Below, one piece after another: positions 1-8,529 of a stretch of DNA of 32,000 nt. Every line of letters starts with the position of its first letter. The stretch's first letter is position 1. This DNA comes from Candidatus Heimdallarchaeota archaeon B3_Heim (GTDB lineage: Archaea > Asgardarchaeota > Heimdallarchaeia > Hodarchaeales > Hodarchaeaceae), in NCBI GenBank assembly GCA_003144275.1, contig NJBF01000029.1, positions 27,107 to 59,106 of the forward strand. Reading direction: 5' to 3'. The position numbers were made by a program, and so were the translations under genes. The notes under the pieces are model-generated. The model was not told the origin of the DNA. It made no database searches and was given only the letters and a program-made list of their open reading frames with translations.

Positions 1-1603
1 AAGATAACACCAATACATCTCCTTCTGTCGGTCCGTTAATTTCTTGAAGCGGAAGATCTTTAACGATTCCTGCTATTTTTTGTTCTCTCAGATTTACCAT
101 TTCTTCGTGATTGAGGGGGTCATAACTCACATCACCAGTTATTTTCTCTTTTTCTAATCCACCAATACGGTGTTCTAAGCCTTTTGTGCCGGGTAGCACA
201 TATGGTCTTGAAAGATGCTCGTTTCTAGTATAGGGAGTGAATCGGTCATTACCGCTCTCAACTGATTTTTTAGGATGAAAAACCTCAATGGGTGATTTAT
301 TGTCCAAATTAGGAATTTTCCAGGGATCTATATTGTTTGCTAGATAAGCATCAGAGAGAAGGACTACAGGCGTCATATATTTTATAGCCATTCTAACTGC
401 TTCAATGCTAAGATCAAAACAGTCTCCTGGAGATTGAGGGGCTAATACTGGCAAAGGCGATTCTCCATTCCTACCGAAAAGGACTTGTAGAAGGTCGCTT
501 TGTTCTGGTTTTGTCGGCATACCTGTGCTAGGCCCTGCTCGCTGCACATTTATTAATACGATAGGTAATTCTGTTATAACTGCTAGTCCGAGAGCTTCAC
601 TCATTAATGCTAATCCAGGCCCTGATGTACCTGTTACACCTATACTTCCCCCAAACGCAGCACCAATAATTGACCCAATTGCGGCAATTTCATCTTCGGC
701 TTGAAAAGTTTTGATACCATATCCTCTTAATCGAACTAATTCATGTAAAATATCACTTGCAGGTGTAATAGGATATGCTCCGAAAAATAATTCTTTCTTG
801 GCTAGATGAGCGGCAGTAGCTAGCCCTAGAGCTAAGGCTTGTGTTCCTGATATATATCTATACAGACCTGGCTCCATTGTTGCCTTGGGTACAGAATACT
901 GAATCGCTAAGAATTCATTGGTTTCTCCAAAATAGTATCCCGCTTTAAGAGTATTAGTGTTGGCTTCTACAATGTTAGGACGATTTTTAAATTTAGATTT
1001 AATCCATTTAATTGTTGTATGAAGCGGTCTATCATATAGCCAAGAGATCAAACCTAATGCGAAGAAGTTTCGTGTCAAGTTAATCTGTTTTCCAGTCATT
1101 CCTTTTATTTTACTGACTGTTTCTTTGTTTAATTTTGTTATGTTAACTGAAAATAGACGATAATTATGTAATGAATTATCTTCCAATGGATTTGAAGCAT
1201 ACCCAGCCTTGGCTAATGTTCTTGGGGTAAATGAGTCCTTATCACAAATTAAGATTCCATTTGGTTTTAAATCTACAATATTGACCTTCAAAGCAGCTGG
1301 ATTCATTGCTACCAAGGTATCGAGACGATCACCTGGAGTATAAATTTCCGTTGAAGAAAAATGTATTTGGAACCCTGACACACCTGCTAGAGTCCCTTGA
1401 GGGGCTCGAATCTCTGCTGGATAATCAGGAAAGGTAGATACATCATTCCCCAGCATAACAGATGCGGAAGTAAATTTTAAACCAGCTAATTGCATTCCGT
1501 CACCGCTATCCCCAGCAAGACGAATAACAACTCGTTCTACTGTTTGTTTGGACTTGCGGGGGCGATTTTTGTCTTCTTTCTTCAGTTTTTGAACTTCTTC
1601 CAT
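1..1603 (-). CDS. korA: 2-oxoacid:ferredoxin oxidoreductase alpha subunit (fused gamma-alpha type), 3' end runs off the window
   Basis: Not in the ORF track because there is no stop in the window. Manual translation from ATG at 1603 (GAGGT SD upstream): MEEVQKLKKED...VVIRLAGDSGDGMQLAG, later TGMPTKPEQSDLLQVLFGRNGESP and HRIGGLEK; the frame is still in register at base 1 (DLPLQEINGPTEGDVLVLS). Confidence 0.93.
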   Translation of the reverse strand, partial: MEEVQKLKKEDKNRPRKSKQTVERVVIRLAGDSGDGMQLAGLKFTSASVMLGNDVSTFPDYPAEIRAPQGTLAGVSGFQIHFSSTEIYTPGDRLDTLVAMNPAALKVNIVDLKPNGILICDKDSFTPRTLAKAGYASNPLEDNSLHNYRLFSVNITKLNKETVSKIKGMTGKQINLTRNFFALGLISWLYDRPLHTTIKWIKSKFKNRPNIVEANTNTLKAGYYFGETNEFLAIQYSVPKATMEPGLYRYISGTQALALGLATAAHLAKKELFFGAYPITPASDILHELVRLRGYGIKTFQAEDEIAAIGSIIGAAFGGSIGVTGTSGPGLALMSEALGLAVITELPIVLINVQRAGPSTGMPTKPEQSDLLQVLFGRNGESPLPVLAPQSPGDCFDLSIEAVRMAIKYMTPVVLLSDAYLANNIDPWKIPNLDNKSPIEVFHPKKSVESGNDRFTPYTRNEHLSRPYVLPGTKGLEHRIGGLEKEKITGDVSYDPLNHEEMVNLREQKIAGIVKDLPLQEINGPTEGDVLVLS

Positions 1604-1653
1604 CAATTTACCTCATTGAATATCTACATAGCATGAATCAGCATAGAAAGCAG

Positions 1654-2133
1654 TTATGCTCCTTCTCTCCGATCCTGTGTAGGTTGAGCTGGTTTTAGAG
1701 TATGAACACTCTCAGCAAAGTACTCTACTAAATAATGAATAAAATCACGAGCAGAAACAATCCCGATAAGATTACCTTCATCTAGAATTGGCAAATGCAT
1801 AAACGTATTTTTGTGTAGGGTTAATGCAATTTGTGCAATAGACTCTTGACACTCAATAGTATGGTAGTCAGTATTCATAATAGATACTGCTAGGGCTTTC
1901 TCATCCAGAGTTCCAGAACCAATATACCGAAGAATGTCACGCTCTGTAATAATACCCAGTAATTTCTTTTCCTCATCTAGTATACAGACATAACTAGACC
2001 ATTGAGATCTTAAAGCATCGATAGCTTCCCTTATTGATGCAGATTCAGGTAAAGCATTTAGTTCGGAACGGATAAGACGTTTACAATCATCTTTTCGAAA
2101 AATTGAGATAAGATAGTCTTCTTTAGGCATCAT
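1654..2133 (-). CDS. CBS-domain pair protein
   Basis: Two CBS repeats (LLGIITERDIL; LIGIVSARDFI), 159 aa. Confidence 0.88.
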   Translation of the reverse strand: MMPKEDYLISIFRKDDCKRLIRSELNALPESASIREAIDALRSQWSSYVCILDEEKKLLGIITERDILRYIGSGTLDEKALAVSIMNTDYHTIECQESIAQIALTLHKNTFMHLPILDEGNLIGIVSARDFIHYLVEYFAESVHTLKPAQPTQDRREGA

Positions 2134-2329
2134 ATTTCACTATCTATTTTGTTAGAATCGAAATAGTCACTATTCCTAGGTTGATCCCGAGTTAATTAAA
2201 CTCATTTCGTTAGGTCATACCAAAGAATGAGGAGCCGATGCTCAAATTAGTGAGTGATTTCTCCCAATCATAAATCTTTTTTTCCGAAAAGAGTGTATGA
2301 ATAGAAGTTTAGGTTATCACAAATGCTAT

Positions 2330-2530
2330 CAAATGTAGTCATTTGTATTCACATGAGGTCATTAACTAGCTCGTTACCGAAGCTAGGCTCCATCAGATGG
2401 GGCATAACCCTATGCCCTCTATCCTGTCAGCATCCACCGCGTTCAGGAGTGCTTTTTTAGAATGGTATAACCACCATTCACTGGGTCACTTCCTGATGTT
2501 AGGAGTTAAAACCTTTTCAGGGAGAGCCTT
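2330..2530 (-). ncRNA. Candidate structured non-coding RNA or cis-element of unknown family
   Basis: About 47% GC over 2361-2530 versus about 30% over 2281-2350 (hand count). Several nested stems, two GNRA tetraloops on the minus strand, possible loop-junction pairing. No ORF. I recognise no known RNA family. Confidence 0.4.
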
Positions 2531-2700
2531 CCTTCTAAATTAGACAGTAATATTTCTCTTAATCCCTTCCCCTATCCCGTTGTTTTTTCTTCCAAATACT
2601 TATTTACTCTTGTTGTGCCCTCTCCCTCTCTTCCTCCTATTTGCCCCCTTTGATTGCCTCACCTGATCATACTTCTTATCATTATTACTATTTTTATTGT

Positions 2701-3366
2701 CTATACTACTGTCGGATATTCTGTGGGTCTTTGCAATTTTACCACAGGAATGGTAAGGATATGATATAAAAAGCATCCAAGGTAGAAAACGGAGTAGAAT
2801 GTAATAACTGTAGCAATTGCAGTAAATAATAAAGAAAACTGATAAGTTGGGTAAGGGAGATTTATTATATCATGAAGAACAAGCCACATCCTAAAACCAT
2901 CCGTAACGATACCTTCTGTAGGATAGGTAGGGAAAAGATTCGGAAGATCGAATAATAATCCAAAGAGAAAATATTTTTGAACATAAAGAGTCGTAGTTTT
3001 ACTTATTCTCCTTATAATTAAGGTACTTACGATTATAGTCAGTATCACAGCAAAAACCCCTGATACTAACAAAAGTATTGATCCCCAACTATTTTCAATC
3101 CCCCCAATTGTCACACATCCACATGTCAAACCTTCCTTAAAGGTATGAAAGTGTATTTGGGGATTCTGCTCGGGAAAGAGAAGGACAGCGATTATATAGT
3201 GGCCTAACTCGTGGATCAATGTGAAGGGGAAAAAAAGGATATTGAAAGCTATAGAAAATAAGGATGAGCTCAATTGAAGAAGTGGTAAGGTGACTGCAAA
3301 AAGGAAAGAAAATAGAAAACTGACGTTTTGATTGTTAATAAAAGAAGGATTTTCCCTGTTAAACAC
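2701..3366 (-). CDS. Membrane protein with HExxH motif, M50-like metallopeptidase
   Basis: TLIHELGH inside a hydrophobic segment, several TM helices, 221 aa. Confidence 0.65.
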   Translation of the reverse strand: MFNRENPSFINNQNVSFLFSFLFAVTLPLLQLSSSLFSIAFNILFFPFTLIHELGHYIIAVLLFPEQNPQIHFHTFKEGLTCGCVTIGGIENSWGSILLLVSGVFAVILTIIVSTLIIRRISKTTTLYVQKYFLFGLLFDLPNLFPTYPTEGIVTDGFRMWLVLHDIINLPYPTYQFSLLFTAIATVITFYSVFYLGCFLYHILTIPVVKLQRPTEYPTVV

Positions 3367-3537
3367 AATTAATCATTTAATAATTGGAAAAGGGTGCTAT
3401 AAAAAGGCTACGGGTTTTTTACAATTATTTAACACTTTTTACATATAATTCAGTGTAAAGTTTCAAATTGAAGGTGATTACATCAATATTTCATTAAGAT
3501 GAAAAAGAGAGGAGAGGAAAGAAAATTATGATTAGTA

Positions 3538-4272
3538 TCATTTTTCCTTAAGTGGAATCTTTTCTTTCCCTGTGACCATTCCCCGTAGTCGTTCACGATT
3601 TTGTGGAATGATCGCGAAGTAGAAGTGAACCATGGTGGTCATAAGGAAGTATAAAAACACAAAAAAATGGACTAAACGAATATCAATGGCAAACCAATCT
3701 AAGGGTAGTAAGATTAGATTAAAAATATCAACAATTATACTCGGGACATATCCAGGATTTATCTGCTCTGAAAGAACCACTCCTGTAACACCCATTGCCA
3801 ATATCGCAAAGAGGTTGGTCAAGGAAAGAACTTTTTGAGCAGGATGGTATTTCATAACATACTTCTTCTCATCAACATTATAATAGTCATAATGAGGATA
3901 TTTTGAGTCAGGAAGAATCCTTATTGCACAGAGAAAAATGATGAACATATCGAGAAAGTCTCTTGGGGTAGGAATAATTTCACCATACTTCTTGAATTTG
4001 ATAACGATTGCAGGGAATATTATTAGATCCCAAAATCCTATAAATGCACTAAAGATAAGATGTAGTGTTCTAGTAGTGTGGTAATCACCCACAAAATACA
4101 TCTTAATGAATAACTCGAAACCTGTAAAAAGGAAGAAGACCATAAGGATTACATGAATCCAATGATGAATTCGCTGGGAACGTTTATACCTTTCAACAAC
4201 TAAAAGATTTTCTGGAATCTTTGTTTTCTTTTCTGTTTTTAATGTTTCTGTCTCATACATACGCAGTATCAC
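3538..4272 (-). CDS. Di-heme cytochrome b, FdnI/HyaC-like (cytochrome b/b6 domain)
   Basis: ERYKRSQRIHHW N-terminal motif, four TM helices with His in RIHHW, TLHL, LVHF and MVHF, KYHPAQK loop, C-terminal LRGMVTG. Start may be the ATG at 4260. Confidence 0.85.
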   Translation of the reverse strand: MILRMYETETLKTEKKTKIPENLLVVERYKRSQRIHHWIHVILMVFFLFTGFELFIKMYFVGDYHTTRTLHLIFSAFIGFWDLIIFPAIVIKFKKYGEIIPTPRDFLDMFIIFLCAIRILPDSKYPHYDYYNVDEKKYVMKYHPAQKVLSLTNLFAILAMGVTGVVLSEQINPGYVPSIIVDIFNLILLPLDWFAIDIRLVHFFVFLYFLMTTMVHFYFAIIPQNRERLRGMVTGKEKIPLKEK

Positions 4273-4328
4273 CTAAGAGTAGATAATCTTGTGATTTAAC
4301 ATAAGAGAATTTTATCTTTTGCTTGCTA

Positions 4329-5207
4329 TTAATCTTCCGAAGTAAAAGTTTCTCGCCAACGTTCCATGAAGGTTGGTGGTTTATAAGAATTGCCAACTAC
4401 TCTTTCATAACCATGTTGGATGGGACTTGTGAAAACACGACGGATAGCATGGAATATGATAAAAACAAATACACCTGCAGGAGTTACTCCTAATAAGAGG
4501 AATTTTATTTGGCCAAGATTAGCACCGACAGGAATATCGACAATGGGATCTAAAGGAACCTCTCCTATAATTGAGTCAGTTATGAGTAGATAATAATCAG
4601 TATGAGCTCCAAAGTGACTAGCCTTAGAAGCAAATTGTAACATGTTAAGGCTTCCATTGGAATAGGTGATATCAAATCCATCGGCATCTTCAGTATCGAA
4701 TGGACGAACTAATTCCACATAAGCTAAATTATCAACAAAAACACTCTCTATAGCAAGATTTTTTTGAGTATCATCTTCAGGTTTACGGATCCCAATGAAT
4801 TTTACATCCTTAGCTTCGACGGAATCAGGTGATTCACTAGTATAAAAACTCCATCCATCATTTAAGTTCGTCATACACGCTTCAGGGTCTGGCTCAAATT
4901 CTACCGAAACCCAATCACTGTCTTTTGGAAAGACAAGGAGGGAGTATAGATGAGTTGCATTATTTGCAAATTTAACGAACCCTCCTTCTCCATATTCTGA
5001 AATATTTTGGTAAGAGGTAATGTTTACCCAAAATTCAGATATTAAACCATCATTTAGGCTAACGTTTGTTAAAACTTTCGGGGCAATAAATCCAGTTGCT
5101 GATTGAGTAACTGAATTCGTTCCTCCCAGGGCACTTGTACCAATAAAACCTGCTGATAAAAATACGGTAAATATAAGTATAATAACTTTAGTCTTAGTAA
5201 ATTTCAT
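4329..5207 (-). CDS. Membrane-anchored extracytoplasmic DOMON-domain (putative heme b) protein
   Basis: N-terminal signal/TM; DOMON-like WVSVEF...CMTNLND (M112) and ELVRPFDTED...QFASKASHFGAH (H198/H202); five N-x-S/T sequons (N48, N62, N68, N83, N184); C-terminal TM containing H253. Confidence 0.7.
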   Translation of the reverse strand: MKFTKTKVIILIFTVFLSAGFIGTSALGGTNSVTQSATGFIAPKVLTNVSLNDGLISEFWVNITSYQNISEYGEGGFVKFANNATHLYSLLVFPKDSDWVSVEFEPDPEACMTNLNDGWSFYTSESPDSVEAKDVKFIGIRKPEDDTQKNLAIESVFVDNLAYVELVRPFDTEDADGFDITYSNGSLNMLQFASKASHFGAHTDYYLLITDSIIGEVPLDPIVDIPVGANLGQIKFLLLGVTPAGVFVFIIFHAIRRVFTSPIQHGYERVVGNSYKPPTFMERWRETFTSED

Positions 5208-5734
5208 TTATTTGACACTCTTCTCGTATTATTATTTTTTCTTCAACTCTACAAAACGAGAGAATCATATATTCCTTCTAAATGGCGTCTTTCTGTTTCA
5301 GCTCGATTTACTATTCTCAAAGCGATTCCATTTTGACCAAAGTGATATTTTCAGTATACTATAATTCAACCTAAGGTAAGATTATAATTAAAGTAAGGAA
5401 GTTCCCTGTATTACCGCCGATAAAGACGCTCATGTGTTAATGAATACAATTATACAAACAATTATAACTATTAAAAAATATATCTATATTTTTTCATCTA
5501 AAAGTTACAAAATATACAAAATGTACATCAGAAATATTGATGAGTCAAACTAGACTGAACTCTAATAGTTCGGTTACAACACAAGCCAAACAAAGAGATA
5601 GAAAGTAGCGGAGAAGTTGGAAGTATGATTAGTCGTTAACACATTCTCTGTATATAGACAGAAAATAGTATTTTGGGAGATCTAGTCGATTCTATGACCT
5701 CATCGTACACAAAGGATGTAGGAAATAGCTTTAA

Positions 5735-6418
5735 TTAGACCTTACCTTTAAAATCATCTTTTTTAATTCGATATAAGCAGCATTCGTCGCCGTTGCGTAT
5801 GCATTTTTCCTTAGAAGCGGGAGCTCCAATCAATTCACTTACGATGGTTTCATCTACTTGACAGGCTAAGGCATTTTCTTTTGCTACTCCAAATATTAGG
5901 CAATTATAATTTTTTAGGGCAAAAGAGATGTCATCCTCTAATAATTCAGGGAATTTGCCATAATTATGATATACTTTGACTACGCTATGTAACCTATCCC
6001 TCAAAGAATCATAAGATCCCCCTGGTTCAATGTTTTCTCTAACATAAGGTTTTATTTCATCAGCAATTTGTTTGCCTACTTCTCTAAGAAGTGTTATGGT
6101 CGCTTCATTGCCAATCTTATCTTGGACTTCTGCTAGTAGTTTAATTGAAAAATCCCTGTATTGTTTAGGGAATTCCTCGATTGCGTCTGGATGTAATGAA
6201 TAAAGAATTGCAGGTCGTCCTGTTGTACTCTTCTGGGTTGTGCGTATAACTAAGCCTTCTTTTTCCATTACTATCAGATACTGACGAGTGGCATTGATGC
6301 TGATATCGAGATGATCAGCTATTTCCTTCACAGTACAAGATTCATCACTCGTAGACCCACTGAGCAATAAATACTGCAATATCTTATCTTTTGAAGAGAT
6401 ATTTGATTCTGTTTCCAA
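5735..6418 (-). CDS. Winged-HTH transcriptional regulator with Cys-rich C-terminal sensor domain (SufR-like)
   Basis: TVKEIADHLDISINATRQYLIVMEKEGLV...TGRPAILYSL HTH; C-terminal YNC...AC...KCIRNGDECC. The ORF track starts at 6499 (TTG); the TTG at 6418 with AAGGA upstream is more plausible. Confidence 0.8.
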   Translation of the reverse strand: METESNISSKDKILQYLLLSGSTSDESCTVKEIADHLDISINATRQYLIVMEKEGLVIRTTQKSTTGRPAILYSLHPDAIEEFPKQYRDFSIKLLAEVQDKIGNEATITLLREVGKQIADEIKPYVRENIEPGGSYDSLRDRLHSVVKVYHNYGKFPELLEDDISFALKNYNCLIFGVAKENALACQVDETIVSELIGAPASKEKCIRNGDECCLYRIKKDDFKGKV

Positions 6419-6839
6419 ATTTAAGTGATCCTTTATTTTTATTTGAAATAATATAAATGCGTAAATTAATAGACACTGATTGATAAAAAAAAACACCAAT
6501 TATGCCTACTATGATATAATAAATAATAATAGTTTTTAAGTTTTTAATTTATTTCATATACATAAAATTAACGTTTTGTAAACTTGAGGAGAATCATATG
6601 AGAAGGTTACTATCAGGTAACAAGGTTGTAAGTTATGCTTTTCTTTATTAGAGTGGATATTATTCTGATTTTAGTTCAAATTCTCACTATCTACAATGTT
6701 TACAATTGTGAAATGCCAAACTACTGATTGAGGTATCTAACAAGAAAGATTTACAAAAGTAATAGTAAGATTCTTTGAACTTGAAGAAATAGGTCTTTTG
6801 TGGATTTAAAAACCATATATTGCGTCAGAATTAATATAA

Positions 6840-7541
6840 ATGGAAGACATGTTCTTGTTGCTCGAAAAAATACGAAATTACGAAAAATGGATTATTTTGA
6901 TGCTTCTCACTGGCTTCATGATTATTAATTACTATATCGTGTTCATTTTAATTAAACCCTTTCATGGCTTTACAGTAAGTGGTCATCCTGTATTTTTAAT
7001 GGTTCCTTTTGCTTTTTCGACCTATGTATGCTTTGGAATTACACTTGTCTGTGGAATTCTTTATTTAATCTGGAGAAAAGATCAGAGACTTGACCTTATT
7101 TTATTATCAAGTGCTCAAGTAGGAGTAGTTCTGGGAGGAATTACAATAATCATAGGAATGATATGGGCAAAAGTAGAATGGGGAGCTTTTTGGGATTGGA
7201 ATCCTCGTGAAACCATAACACTTGTTATGTGGCTTGTTTACGTTGGGTTACTTATTTTTCGTGACATGTTGGAAGTGGATAATCATGAAAGGAGAGCAAC
7301 AATATCTGCAATTTTTGGAATACTTGCTTTTGCCTCTGTTCCCCTTTCCTATTTCATAGTTGGAATAATACATCCAAACCCTCAATTAACTTCGTATAGT
7401 ACAGGAGCTGGAATGTTTTTAATGGTAAATTTTGTCTTTATTGGTGGATTTGCATTGTATTTGATTTATCAAGCATATCGTATAAATGCAATCGATTTCG
7501 AATTAAAAAGGGTCAGAAGGATAAAAATGGAGGAAGCCTAA
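6840..7541 (+). CDS. ccmC: Heme exporter / cytochrome c biogenesis protein CcmC (atypical)
   Basis: WWD-type motif WGAFWDWNPRET, six TM helices, second His (IIHP, H178); adjacent to ccmA and ccmB. Confidence 0.88.
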   Translation: MEDMFLLLEKIRNYEKWIILMLLTGFMIINYYIVFILIKPFHGFTVSGHPVFLMVPFAFSTYVCFGITLVCGILYLIWRKDQRLDLILLSSAQVGVVLGGITIIIGMIWAKVEWGAFWDWNPRETITLVMWLVYVGLLIFRDMLEVDNHERRATISAIFGILAFASVPLSYFIVGIIHPNPQLTSYSTGAGMFLMVNFVFIGGFALYLIYQAYRINAIDFELKRVRRIKMEEA

Positions 7542-7573
7542 TCATAATCAATTGATTAATCGGAGGAATCACA

Positions 7574-7729
7574 ATGGCAGATATTTTTGATGAACTATTA
7601 GGATCAGAGTTAAGTTTGATGTTTTTTATTTCGATAACAGTTTGGTTGATAATTTTCGTTTACCTTTATTATACCAACAATCGAGTAAAGAATTTAGAAA
7701 TGGAGCTTGAGAGTCTAAAAGAAGAATGA
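7574..7729 (+). CDS. ccmD: CcmD-family small membrane protein (51 aa)
   Basis: Below the ORF-track cutoff. GGAGG SD at 7562-7566; MADIFDELLGSELSLMFFISITVWLIIFVYLYYTNNRVKNLEMELESLKEE, a single TM followed by a charged coiled tail; located between ccmC and ccmA. Confidence 0.75.
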   Translation: MADIFDELLGSELSLMFFISITVWLIIFVYLYYTNNRVKNLEMELESLKEE

Positions 7730-7795
7730 AAAAGTCTCTCCTTCTGAATCAGATCTTCACATTTTTCATGGATATTGGAACCAAAGGAACTGGAA

Positions 7796-8494
7796 ATGGT
7801 AACAAACCAACAAGCTGACAATACTGTTGTAAACCTATCAAAAATAAGTAAAACTTATGGATTTACAGCGGCGCTTAAAAATATAAGCTTATCTATTGAA
7901 ACGGGAGAAACAATCGGTTTAATTGGAAATAATGGTGCTGGTAAGAGTACCTTACTTAAAATTATTGCTTTGCTTGTATCACCATCCTCGGGGAATATGG
8001 AATTCAGCGGAGTAGATGTTAAAGATCGCAAAGCTGTTCTAAAGAAAGATATGGAAGTTTTATTAAGCCACGCGTTCTTGTTTGATGATCTCACTGGAAG
8101 AGAGAACTTGGAATACTATTTCAAAATGAATAAAAGAATTAGTAATCCCAAACAGGCTGTTAAAGAAATTGTTAAGCAGTTCAATCTTAAATTGTATATA
8201 GATCGACCAGTAAGAGAATATTCAACAGGAATGGCAAAGAAACTAGAAATTCTTCGTGTTTCATATCCTACTCTTCCGAAAGTGCTATTACTTGATGAAC
8301 CCTTTAGTGGATTGGATGTGGAGAATAGGAAAATGTTACATACGATAATTAAAGATCATCCTCCTAATAAAACAGTTATCATTTGTTCCCATGATTTTAA
8401 CGCAATCGCCCAGTTATGTAGTCGTGTTTATTATTTAGAGAAGGGGAGGATAAGTCAATCCTATCTTCCGAATGAATATGATCAATTTCTATAG
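7796..8494 (+). CDS. ccmA: Heme export ABC transporter ATP-binding subunit CcmA
   Basis: Walker A GNNGAGKST, signature YSTGMAKK, Walker B LLLDEP, H-loop CSHD; directly upstream of ccmB. The ORF track starts at TTG 7775; the in-frame ATG is at 7796. Confidence 0.85.
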   Translation: MVTNQQADNTVVNLSKISKTYGFTAALKNISLSIETGETIGLIGNNGAGKSTLLKIIALLVSPSSGNMEFSGVDVKDRKAVLKKDMEVLLSHAFLFDDLTGRENLEYYFKMNKRISNPKQAVKEIVKQFNLKLYIDRPVREYSTGMAKKLEILRVSYPTLPKVLLLDEPFSGLDVENRKMLHTIIKDHPPNKTVIICSHDFNAIAQLCSRVYYLEKGRISQSYLPNEYDQFL

Positions 8495-8529
8495 TTAAAG
8501 CTTTAAATAAGTGAAACTGATGATTTGAG

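Noticed and set aside
2330-2540. Assignment of the structured element to RNase P, SRP RNA, group I/II intron or glycine/TPP/SAM riboswitch
   Set aside because: Only fragments resemble them (GGAAGGCUC, CUCUC...AAAAGG, GAGCC plus a GUAA hairpin, GACUA). The required partners are absent: no RNase P P4 pseudoknot strand, no SRP helix 8, no D5 geometry, no UAGUC for P7, no CUCUCAGG.
2545-2700. Purine-rich tract (minus strand) resembling the tract inside the IS at 21480-21606
   Set aside because: Similar composition only; no alignable homology, IR or target duplication found by eye.
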